55,118 bases of DNA. It comes from Alphaproteobacteria bacterium (GTDB lineage Bacteria > Pseudomonadota > Alphaproteobacteria > Rhodobacterales > Rhodobacteraceae). The position numbers and the translations under genes were made by a program. The stretch covers positions 1 to 55,118 of the forward strand of contig JAJRUE010000057.1 of the NCBI GenBank assembly GCA_024277955.1. The letters run 5' to 3'. Shown in pieces: positions 1-7,591 of this stretch (the stretch's first letter is position 1; each line of letters begins with the position of its first letter). The notes under the pieces are model-generated. The model was not told the origin of the DNA and did no database searches. It saw only the letters and a list, made by a program, of their open reading frames with translations.

Positions 1-180
1 GACCCGGTGCGGGCGCTCGAACAGGTGATGGCGCTGAACGACGCGCGCGACCTGCTGGCGCGCGACGTGTTGGCGGTGGACATGCGCAACCCGGCCCGCC
101 CGACCCTGCGCATGGCCCCCGAGGCGCTGGACGAGCTGCGCCGAATCAAGGACTTCAGGCAAGGAGCAGACCACGGATGA
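1..180 (+). CDS. ftsQ: Cell division protein FtsQ, C-terminal fragment (5' end lies outside the window)
   Basis: Frame 1 is open from the window edge to TGA at 178-180 (...DMRNPARPTLRMAPEALDELRRIKDF...). The stop overlaps the ftsA ATG (ATGA at 177-180). The call rests mainly on its position directly upstream of ftsA-ftsZ. Confidence 0.7.
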   Translation, partial: DPVRALEQVMALNDARDLLARDVLAVDMRNPARPTLRMAPEALDELRRIKDFRQGADHG

Positions 181-1511
181 CCGATCTCTATTCTACTCAG
201 CGCGCCATGCGCGCGATGCGTAATGCCGCCATGCAGCGCGGGGTGATCGCCATTCTCGACATCGGCACCTCGAAAATCGCCTGCCTGGTGCTGCGCTTTG
301 ACGGGCCGGAACATTTCCGCGATTCCGATGGCGTCGGCTCGATGGCGGGGCAGTCGTCGTTCCGGGTGATCGGCGCCGCCACCACGCGGTCGCGCGGGGT
401 GCGCTTTGGCGAGATCGACGCGATGCAGGAAACCGAACGCGCGATCCGCACCGCGGTGCAGGCGGCGCAGAAAATGGCCGATGTGCGGGTGGACCATGTG
501 ATCGCCGCCTTTTCCGGCGGCGCGCCGCGGTCCTACGGGCTGGCCGGCGAGGTCGAGATCGAAGACAGCACCGTGCGCGAAAGCGATGTGGGGCGCGTGC
601 TGGCCGCCTGCGACATGCCCGACATCGGTCAGGCGCGCGAACCGCTGCACGCGCAACCGGTGAATTTCGCGCTGGACCACCGGTCGGGGCTGGCCGATCC
701 GCGCGGCCAGATCGGCAACCGTCTGGCGGTGGACCTGCACCTGCTCAGCGTCGACACGCCAAGCGTGGAAAACCTGATCCACTGTCTGAAACGCTGCGAC
801 CTGGAACTGGCGGGGCTGGCGTCTTCGGCCTATGTGGCCGGGGTTTCGGCGCTGGTCGAGGACGAACAGGAACTGGGCGCCGCCTGCATCGACATGGGCG
901 GCGGCACCACCGGGCTTTCGATCTTCATCAAGAAACACATGATCTACGCCGACTGCCTGCGGATGGGCGGCGACCACGTGACGCTGGACATTTCCAAGGG
1001 GCTGCAGGTGTCGCTGGCGGCGGCCGAACGCATCAAGACCCTGCACGGCGGCGTCGTCGCCACCGGCATGGACGACCGCGAGATGATCGAGATCGGCGGC
1101 GACAGCGGCGACTGGGACCGCGACCGGCGCACGGTGTCGCGCTCGGAGCTGATCGGCATCATGCGCCCGCGCATCGAGGAAATCCTCGAAGAAATCCGCG
1201 CCCGCCTCGACGCCGCCGGTTTCGAACACCTGCCCAGCCAGCAGATCGTGCTGACCGGCGGCGCCAGCCAGGTGCCCGGGCTCGACCGGCTGGCCCCCAA
1301 GATCCTCGGCCAGCAGGTGCGCATCGGCCGCCCGCTGCGCGTCCAGGGCCTGCCGCAGGCGGCCACCGGCGCGGGCTTTGCCGCCTCCGTCGGGCTGTGC
1401 CTGTTTGCGGCACACCCGCAGGATGAATGGTGGGATTTCGAGATTCCTTCCGAACGATACCCGGCGCGTTCGCTCCGCCGGGCGGTAAAATGGTTCAAGG
1501 AGAACTGGTGA
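177..1511 (+). CDS. ftsA: Cell division protein FtsA
   Basis: 444-aa ORF with actin/HSP70-fold FtsA motifs (AILDIGTSKIACLVL, CIDMGGGTTG, IVLTGGASQVPGL). It lies between ftsQ and ftsZ. Confidence 0.95.
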   Translation: MTDLYSTQRAMRAMRNAAMQRGVIAILDIGTSKIACLVLRFDGPEHFRDSDGVGSMAGQSSFRVIGAATTRSRGVRFGEIDAMQETERAIRTAVQAAQKMADVRVDHVIAAFSGGAPRSYGLAGEVEIEDSTVRESDVGRVLAACDMPDIGQAREPLHAQPVNFALDHRSGLADPRGQIGNRLAVDLHLLSVDTPSVENLIHCLKRCDLELAGLASSAYVAGVSALVEDEQELGAACIDMGGGTTGLSIFIKKHMIYADCLRMGGDHVTLDISKGLQVSLAAAERIKTLHGGVVATGMDDREMIEIGGDSGDWDRDRRTVSRSELIGIMRPRIEEILEEIRARLDAAGFEHLPSQQIVLTGGASQVPGLDRLAPKILGQQVRIGRPLRVQGLPQAATGAGFAASVGLCLFAAHPQDEWWDFEIPSERYPARSLRRAVKWFKENW

Positions 1512-1686
1512 ACGCAATATGTCGGGATATGAGCGAAATCCCGCTGTCTGACGCAGGATTGACCCCATATTTTGTGTCAAAATTGTGATTTTGGGGTGAC
1601 GAAACGCGCGACTCTCTTTAGGAATAGTCGCAATTAGGTGAATCTGGTCGATTTTTGGGCCAATCAGGAAACAGGCGGACGAGGCG

Positions 1687-3303
1687 ATGACTTTGAATCT
1701 GATGATGCCCCAGCAAGATGATTTGAAACCCCGTATCACGGTATTCGGCGTCGGTGGCGCGGGCGGCAACGCGGTCAACAACATGATCGAGAAACAGCTC
1801 GAAGGCGTGGAATTCGTCGTTGCCAACACCGATGCCCAGGCGCTGTCGCAATCCAACGCGCCCAACAAGATCCAGATGGGCGTGAAGGTCACCGAGGGTC
1901 TCGGGGCCGGGGCGCGGCCCTCGGTGGGTGCTGCCGCCGCCGAAGAAACCATCGAGGAAATCGTCGACCAGCTGGCCGGCGCGCATATGTGCTTCATCAC
2001 CGCCGGCATGGGCGGGGGCACCGGCACCGGCGCCGCCCCGATCATCGCGCAAGCCGCGCGCGAACTTGGGGTGCTGACCGTCGGCGTGGTCACCAAGCCG
2101 TTCCAGTTCGAAGGCGCCAAGCGGATGCGCCAGGCCGAGGAAGGCGTGGACGCGCTGCAGCAGATGGTGGACACGCTGATCATCATCCCGAACCAGAACC
2201 TGTTTCGCCTGGCCAATGAAAACACCACCTTCACCGAAGCCTTCTCCATGGCCGACGACGTGCTGTATCAGGGCGTCAAGGGGGTCACCGACCTGATGGT
2301 GCGCCCGGGGCTGATCAACCTCGACTTTGCCGACGTGCGTTCGGTGATGGACGAGATGGGCAAGGCGATGATGGGCACCGGCGAAGCCACCGGCGAAGAC
2401 CGCGCCATCCAGGCCGCCGAGAAAGCCATCGCCAACCCGCTGCTCGACGAGATCTCGCTCAAGGGCGCCAAGGGCGTGCTGATCAACATCACCGGCGCCT
2501 ACGATCTGACGCTCTTCGAACTGGACGAAGCCGCCAACCGCATCCGCGAAGAGGTCGACGCCGAAGCCAACATCATCGTCGGCTCGACGCTGGACACCGA
2601 GATGGAAGGCGCGATGCGCGTCAGCGTGGTCGCCACCGGCATCGACGTGGTCGAAGCCGCGGCCCAGCCGCCGATGCCGCGCCGCGCCAGCAGCCAGGCC
2701 CCGGCCCAGCCCGCGGCCCAAACCGCCGCTCAACCCGCCGCCCAGCCGGTCCCGGCGCAAACCCAACCCGCCGCCGTAGCCCCGGCCGAGGCGCCCGCCG
2801 CCAGCCAGCCGGCCAGCGAACCGGGCCTGTTCCAGGGTTTCGACAGCCCGGCCCAGGACCAGACCCCGGCGGCGACCGCCACCGGCGACGACGGCCTGCC
2901 GCCGCCGGCCTATCAGCCACAGGCGGAACAGCCGCAACCCCAGGCGCAACCCCAAACCCCGGCCACCGGCGCCGACTATGTGGCCCCGCAAGAGCCCGCC
3001 GCCGGCGCCCCGAACCCGGCGGCGATGAGCCGCCTGCAGGCGGCGGTGCAAAGCGCGCCGCAGCAGCAGGGGTTTTCGACCCGGCGCAACGCTCCGGCGC
3101 AGCAACAGGCGGAAAAATCCCGCTTCGGGATCAACTCGTTGATCGGCCGGATGACGGGCCACGGCAGCGAAACCCAGCCCGCCCAGGGCCAGCCGGCGCC
3201 GCGCCAGCAGCCCAGCGTTTCGGCCCCCCAACCCGAAGCCGAAACCGACCCGGAACAGGAACGGATCGAGATTCCGGCCTTTCTGCGGCGTCAGGCGAAC
3301 TAG
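1687..3303 (+). CDS. ftsZ: Cell division GTPase FtsZ
   Basis: 538-aa ORF with the tubulin signature [10 protein letters not shown] and NTDAQAL. It has a long P/Q/A-rich linker and the conserved C-terminal peptide [12 protein letters not shown]. Confidence 0.97.
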   Translation: MTLNLMMPQQDDLKPRITVFGVGGAGGNAVNNMIEKQLEGVEFVVANTDAQALSQSNAPNKIQMGVKVTEGLGAGARPSVGAAAAEETIEEIVDQLAGAHMCFITAGMGGGTGTGAAPIIAQAARELGVLTVGVVTKPFQFEGAKRMRQAEEGVDALQQMVDTLIIIPNQNLFRLANENTTFTEAFSMADDVLYQGVKGVTDLMVRPGLINLDFADVRSVMDEMGKAMMGTGEATGEDRAIQAAEKAIANPLLDEISLKGAKGVLINITGAYDLTLFELDEAANRIREEVDAEANIIVGSTLDTEMEGAMRVSVVATGIDVVEAAAQPPMPRRASSQAPAQPAAQTAAQPAAQPVPAQTQPAAVAPAEAPAASQPASEPGLFQGFDSPAQDQTPAATATGDDGLPPPAYQPQAEQPQPQAQPQTPATGADYVAPQEPAAGAPNPAAMSRLQAAVQSAPQQQGFSTRRNAPAQQQAEKSRFGINSLIGRMTGHGSETQPAQGQPAPRQQPSVSAPQPEAETDPEQERIEIPAFLRRQAN

Positions 3304-3326
3304 AATCTGGTAACAAATCTAATGAA

Positions 3327-3358
3327 AGGGATCGGCGCACGCCGATCCTTTTTCTTTG
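3327..3358 (+). terminator. Rho-independent terminator after ftsZ
   Basis: Hairpin aagggatcggc-gcac-gccgatcctt followed by a T-run (tttttctttg), 24 nt after the ftsZ stop. Confidence 0.75.
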
Positions 3359-3544
3359 TTATCAATGGGTTGGAAATTCCCGCCACAGCTTTCGGCAAAA
3401 TCTTGCGCATCGCGAATCGCGATGTTTCAGAGCGTTACAAAGATTGAATTGAGCCGCGCCGCCGCTGCCGCTAGGGAGTGTCAGGTCACGGCGCTACCGG
3501 CGCGACAAGACTTTCGTGACGACATAATCCCGAGGGACACCTTC

Positions 3545-4474
3545 TTGCAGACGACGATCAAATCAGCGGTCACATTCCGGGGCGTGGGCCTGCATTCGGG
3601 TGCGCCGGTCACGATGACCATCCGCCCGGCTTCGGCCGAACACGGCGTCTGGTTCCGCCGCACCGATCTGGCCGAGGCGCCCCGGCGCGACGCGATGGTG
3701 CCGGCGCATTGGGCTTCGGTGACGCCGTCGCGCCTGTGCACGGTGATCGAGAACCGCGACGGGGTCGGTATCTCGACCGTCGAACACGTGACCGCGGCGC
3801 TGGCCGGCTGCGGCATCCAGAACGCGCTGATCGACATCGACGGGCCGGAAGTTCCGATCCTCGACGGCAGCGCCGCCCCCTTTGTGGACGCGATCCTGGC
3901 GCGCGGCGTGCGCCAGCTGGCGGCCCCGGTGCGCGCCCTGCGCATCCTCGCCCCGGTCGAGGTGCGCGACGGCGATGCGGTGGCCCGGCTGGTGCCCAGC
4001 GACCAGTTCGAGATCGAGTTCCAGATAGACTTTGCCGACGCCGCCATCGGCCGGCAGCAAAAGACCCTGAACATGGCCAACGGCGCTTTCGTGCGCGAAC
4101 TGTGCGACAGCCGCACCTTCTGCCGCCAGAGCGACGTTGACGCGATGCGCGCCGGCGGCCTGGCGCGCGGCGGCTCGTTGGCCAATGCGATCGTGGTCGA
4201 TGGCGATGCGGTGCTGAACCCCGAAGGGCTGCGCCACGCCGACGAAGCGGTGCGCCACAAGATGCTGGACGCGCTGGGCGACCTGTCGCTGGCCGGCGCG
4301 CCGATCTTCGGGCGCTACGAAGGGCTGCGCGCGGGCCATGCGCTGACCAACCGGCTGCTGCGCCGGCTGTTCGCCACCCCCGGCGCCTGCGAGGTGATCC
4401 TGTGCGACGAAGCCGCCGCCCGCCGGTTGCCCGGCGTCGGCGTCAAGCACGCCGATTTCGCCGCCGTTGCCTGA
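3545..4474 (+). CDS. lpxC: UDP-3-O-acyl-N-acetylglucosamine deacetylase LpxC
   Basis: Family-like sequence begins at LQTTIKSAVTFRGVGLHSGAPV and includes HKMLDALGDLSLAG. The ORF track starts at 3356, but the conserved N-terminus fits a TTG at 3545 (309 aa). The start is uncertain. Confidence 0.88.
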   Translation: MQTTIKSAVTFRGVGLHSGAPVTMTIRPASAEHGVWFRRTDLAEAPRRDAMVPAHWASVTPSRLCTVIENRDGVGISTVEHVTAALAGCGIQNALIDIDGPEVPILDGSAAPFVDAILARGVRQLAAPVRALRILAPVEVRDGDAVARLVPSDQFEIEFQIDFADAAIGRQQKTLNMANGAFVRELCDSRTFCRQSDVDAMRAGGLARGGSLANAIVVDGDAVLNPEGLRHADEAVRHKMLDALGDLSLAGAPIFGRYEGLRAGHALTNRLLRRLFATPGACEVILCDEAAARRLPGVGVKHADFAAVA

Positions 4475-4626
4475 CGCTGTCACCTGACGCCGCCCGCGAA
4501 CTACGCCCGCGTTTGCCGCCCGAGATAGTCGTGCGAGACTGCCGCCCGTGACGGCTTTGGCGGCGGTGCCGGCGCGCCGGGCGCGCGCCCGGGGGCTGTC
4601 TGCCCCCCTTGGCCTGACGGCCAATT

Positions 4627-4656
4627 CCCCCCGAGGATATTTGCCGACAGAAGAAG
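4627..4656 (+). repeat. REP2-family repeat copy (ccccccGAGGATATTTgCCGACAGAAGAAG)
   Basis: Matches the GGATATTTTCGGACAGAAGAA core seen at six other sites in this window. Located in the lpxC-bamD intergenic region. Confidence 0.6.
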
Positions 4657-4702
4657 CCCGGGGCGGTGTTGCCGGGTCCGGGTGGGGTCGGGAGTGCGGT
4701 GG

Positions 4703-4746
4703 GGGGCGAAAAACGCGATCAAAGGCGTTTTGCCCCGGTTTTTTCT
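4703..4746 (+). terminator. Possible intrinsic terminator in the lpxC-bamD spacer
   Basis: Imperfect hairpin gggcgaaaaacgc...ggcgttttgccc followed by ggttttttc. It lies about 230 nt after the lpxC stop, so the transcript it terminates is unclear. Confidence 0.4.
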
Positions 4747-4816
4747 GTGCTAGGACCGATGCTGATGGCCGTGGGGTTTTCGATGCCCGCGGCAAAGCGA
4801 ATGGGGCAGGCGCTTG

Positions 4817-5656
4817 ATGTCAAAGGCCAAAACACTCAGGAAACTTGCCGGGCCGCTGGCTGTCGTGACCTTGCTGGCGGCCTGCGGCGGCGGCGCGCCC
4901 ACCAATGTCGATCTGGAAAACTTCACCGCCAGCGAAATCTACCAGCGCGGCGAATACGAACTGTCGCGCGGCAAGCCCAAGGGCGCGGCGCATTTCTTTT
5001 CCGAGATCGAGCGGCTCTACCCCTATTCGGAATGGGCCAAGCGGGCGCTGATCATGCAGGCGTTTTCCTATCACCGCCAGCGCGCCTATGCCGACAGTCG
5101 CGCCGCCGCGCAACGTTACCTTGATCTTTACCCGGCGGACCAGGACGCGGCCTATGCGCAGTATCTGGTGGCGCTCAGCTATTATGACCAGATCGACGAG
5201 GTCGGCCGCGACCAGGGGCTGGCCTTTGATGCGCTGCAGGCGCTGCGCAAGGTGATCGATAATTACCCCGACACCGATTACGCCCGCTCTGCGGTGCTGA
5301 AATTCGACCTGGCCTTTGATCATCTCGCGGCCAAGGAAATGGAAATCGGCCGTTTCTATCTGAAGCGCGGCAACCATACCGCCGCGATCAACCGGTTCCG
5401 CACCGTGGTCGAGCAGTTCCAGACCACCGGCCAGACCCCCGAGGCGCTGTATCGCCTGGTCGAGGCCTTTCTGGCGCTGGGACTCGACGACCAGGCCCAG
5501 ACCGCCGCGGCGATCCTTGGCCACAACTTCCGGTCTTCGGAATATTATCAGGACGCCTTCGATCTGCTGAAAGGGCGCGGGCTGCGCCCCGAGGCGCGTT
5601 CCGGCGGCTGGCTGGGCAGCATCTACCGCCAGGTGATCCGCGGCGAGTGGCTGTAG
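4817..5656 (+). CDS. bamD: Outer membrane protein assembly factor BamD (YfiO/ComL-type lipoprotein)
   Basis: Signal peptide with lipobox (VVTLLAAC-GG) followed by a TPR-like body (YPYSEWAKRALIMQAFSYH, YLVALSYYDQ). ATG at 4817; a TTG at 4814 is also possible. Confidence 0.85.
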   Translation: MSKAKTLRKLAGPLAVVTLLAACGGGAPTNVDLENFTASEIYQRGEYELSRGKPKGAAHFFSEIERLYPYSEWAKRALIMQAFSYHRQRAYADSRAAAQRYLDLYPADQDAAYAQYLVALSYYDQIDEVGRDQGLAFDALQALRKVIDNYPDTDYARSAVLKFDLAFDHLAAKEMEIGRFYLKRGNHTAAINRFRTVVEQFQTTGQTPEALYRLVEAFLALGLDDQAQTAAAILGHNFRSSEYYQDAFDLLKGRGLRPEARSGGWLGSIYRQVIRGEWL

Positions 5657-5673
5657 ATCCGGGGGACGCGGCC

Positions 5674-7326
5674 ATGCTGCAAAGTCTCGAAATCCGGGAC
5701 CTGCTGATCATCGACCATCTGGTGCTCGACTTCCAGCCGGGGCTGAACGTGCTGACCGGCGAAACCGGGGCCGGCAAGTCGATCCTGCTGGATGCGCTGG
5801 GCTTCGTGCTGGGCTGGCGCGGGCGTGCCGCCACGGTGCGCGCCGGGGCCGATCTGGGCGAGGTGACGGCGGTGTTTTCGCTGCCCCCCGGCCACCCGGC
5901 GCATGCGGTTCTGGAAGACGCCGGCCTGCCCGCGGGGGACGAGCTGATCTTGCGCCGCACCACCACCCCCGAGGGCCGCCGCACCGCCCGGATCAACGAC
6001 CGCCGCACCAGCGCCGAAGCGCTGCGCGCGTTGTCGGAAACCCTGGTCGAACTGCACGGCCAGCAGGATGACCGGGGGCTGCTGAACGCTTCCGCCCATC
6101 TGGGAATTCTGGATGATTTCGCGGGGTTGCGTGGCGAAGTTGACAAGGTCAACGTCCTCTGGACCAAGGCCCGCGCCGCGTCCGAGGCCGTTGCCCAGGC
6201 CCGCGCCCGCCTCGAGGCCGCGCGCGCCGAAGAAGATTACCTGCGTCACGCGCTGGATGAGTTGGACAAGCTGGCGCCCGCGCCGGGCGAAGACGCCGAT
6301 CTCGACAGCCGGCGGCGGCTGATGCAGGCGGCCGAGCGGATCGGCGAAGACATCGCGCGCGCCGCCCAGGGGCTTGGCCCGGACGGGGCCGAGGGCCAGA
6401 TGGCGGCGGCGATGCGCTGGCTGGAAGGCGCCGCGGCCAAGGCCGAGGGCCGGCTGGACGAGGCGCTCGCCGCGCTGGGCCGGGCGCTGAACGAACTGGG
6501 CGAGGCGCAGGACGGGGTGACGCGGGCGCTCGACGAGATGCGCTTTGACGCGGCCGAGCTTGAACAGGTGGAAGAACGGCTGTTCGCGATCCGGGCGCTG
6601 GCGCGCAAGCACGGCTGCGTGCCGGACGACCTGGCGGCGCTGCGCGACGATATCGCGGCGCAGGTGGCGGCGCTCGAGGGGGGTGAAAGCGATCTGGCCG
6701 GGCTGCGCGAGGCCGAAGAGGCGGCGCGCGCGGCGCATCTGCGCGCGGCCCGCGCGCTCAGCGAAAGGCGCGCCCGCGCGGCGGCGGCGCTGGATACGGC
6801 GATGGCCGAGGAACTGGCGCCGCTGAAGATGGAACGCACGGTGTTCCGCACGGTTCTTGGACCGGCTGATCCGGGGCCTGCGGGCATCGACCGGGCGGTT
6901 TTCAGCGTCGCCACCAACCCCGGCGCGCCGGCGGGGCCGCTGAACCGGATCGCCTCGGGCGGTGAACTTTCGCGCTTTCTGCTGGCGCTCAAGCTTTGCC
7001 TGGTGCGCGGCGCGCCGGGGGCGGTGACGATGATTTTCGACGAGATCGACCGCGGCGTCGGCGGCGCCACGGCGGATGCGGTGGGCCGGCGGCTGCAGCG
7101 CATTGCCGAGGCCGGGCAGGTGCTGGTGGTGACCCATTCGCCGCAGGTGGCGGCGCGCGGCGCGCATCACTGGCATGTGGAAAAGACCGTGACCGGTGGG
7201 GCGACGCTGTCGCGGGTTTCGGCGCTGGATGCGGCGGCGCGCACCGAGGAGATCGCCCGGATGCTGGCCGGCGACCGGATCACCGCCGAGGCCCGCGCCG
7301 CCGCCCGCGCCCTGCTGGCGGGGTAG
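5674..7326 (+). CDS. recN: DNA repair protein RecN
   Basis: N-terminal Walker A (GETGAGKSILLDAL), a coiled-coil middle section, the signature SGGELSRFLLALK and Walker B MIFDEIDRG. The start is taken at ATG 5674 (MLQSLEIRDL...). Confidence 0.92.
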   Translation: MLQSLEIRDLLIIDHLVLDFQPGLNVLTGETGAGKSILLDALGFVLGWRGRAATVRAGADLGEVTAVFSLPPGHPAHAVLEDAGLPAGDELILRRTTTPEGRRTARINDRRTSAEALRALSETLVELHGQQDDRGLLNASAHLGILDDFAGLRGEVDKVNVLWTKARAASEAVAQARARLEAARAEEDYLRHALDELDKLAPAPGEDADLDSRRRLMQAAERIGEDIARAAQGLGPDGAEGQMAAAMRWLEGAAAKAEGRLDEALAALGRALNELGEAQDGVTRALDEMRFDAAELEQVEERLFAIRALARKHGCVPDDLAALRDDIAAQVAALEGGESDLAGLREAEEAARAAHLRAARALSERRARAAAALDTAMAEELAPLKMERTVFRTVLGPADPGPAGIDRAVFSVATNPGAPAGPLNRIASGGELSRFLLALKLCLVRGAPGAVTMIFDEIDRGVGGATADAVGRRLQRIAEAGQVLVVTHSPQVAARGAHHWHVEKTVTGGATLSRVSALDAAARTEEIARMLAGDRITAEARAAARALLAG

Positions 7327-7327
7327 C

Positions 7328-7349
7328 TTGATTGGGTTTTGACCCTAGG
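7328..7349 (-). repeat. Solo REP3 arm (reverse complement CTAGGGTCAAAACCCAATCAAG)
   Basis: Starts 2 nt after the recN TAG. It is near-identical to the arm that overlaps the glcB stop at 39219-39240 (CTAGGGTCAAAACCCGATCAAC). Confidence 0.6.
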
Positions 7350-7376
7350 ATCTGCCGGTGGATCTTGTCCGGCGGA

Positions 7377-7398
7377 GGCGCCTTGCGGCGCCATTTTC
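7377..7398 (+). terminator. Probable intrinsic terminator after recN
   Basis: Hairpin ggcgcc-ttgc-ggcgcc followed by attttc. The same 14-mer core (gcgccttgcggcgc) forms the terminator after the ClC gene at 18011-18024. Confidence 0.5.
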
Positions 7399-7509
7399 AT
7401 GTCTCGCCGCCGGGCTTTGCCCGCCGGCTCGGGCGGGGCTGCGGCGCCCGGCGGCGGTGCCCGGAAAGGGCAGGCGGTGCGCGGCCCGGCGCCTGGGCGA
7501 TCAAACCCC

Positions 7510-7540
7510 TTGAACCTACAGTGGCTAGAGGTCCTATCTT
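7510..7540 (+). promoter_or_regulatory. MerR-type metal-responsive promoter/operator of the P1B-ATPase gene
   Basis: TTGAAC (-35, 7510-7515), a 19-bp spacer and TATCTT (-10, 7535-7540). The spacer carries the dyad ACCTACAG-TGG-CTAGAGGT (7514-7532). A 19-bp spacer containing a dyad is the hallmark of MerR-family activated promoters. The site lies 52 nt upstream of the ATPase ATG. Confidence 0.7.
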
Positions 7541-7591
7541 GCCTGCGAATCGGATGGCGGGCGCAGGCCGCAGCAGCACGGGCAGGACAGA

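Noticed and set aside
1618-3231. 537-aa ORF antisense to ftsZ. Similar long antisense ORFs occur at 21355..23631, 31211..33136, 34116..36755, 36706..39276, 49067..51967 and 54172..55089.
   Set aside because: Each is the mirror of a gene with unambiguous motifs (ftsZ, cobT, gatB, pepN, glcB, ABC genes, argE-like), and none shows any family signature.
3356-3544. 63-codon N-terminal extension of lpxC in the ORF track
   Set aside because: The extension begins inside the ftsZ terminator T-run, is not LpxC-like, and the conserved N-terminus starts at 3545.
5540-5673. Expected LexA box upstream of recN
   Set aside because: I found no GTTC-N7-GTTC or GAAC-N7-GAAC in the ~130 nt upstream of the recN start (the 3' end of bamD). 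Only a single GTTC is present, so no SOS box is reported there.
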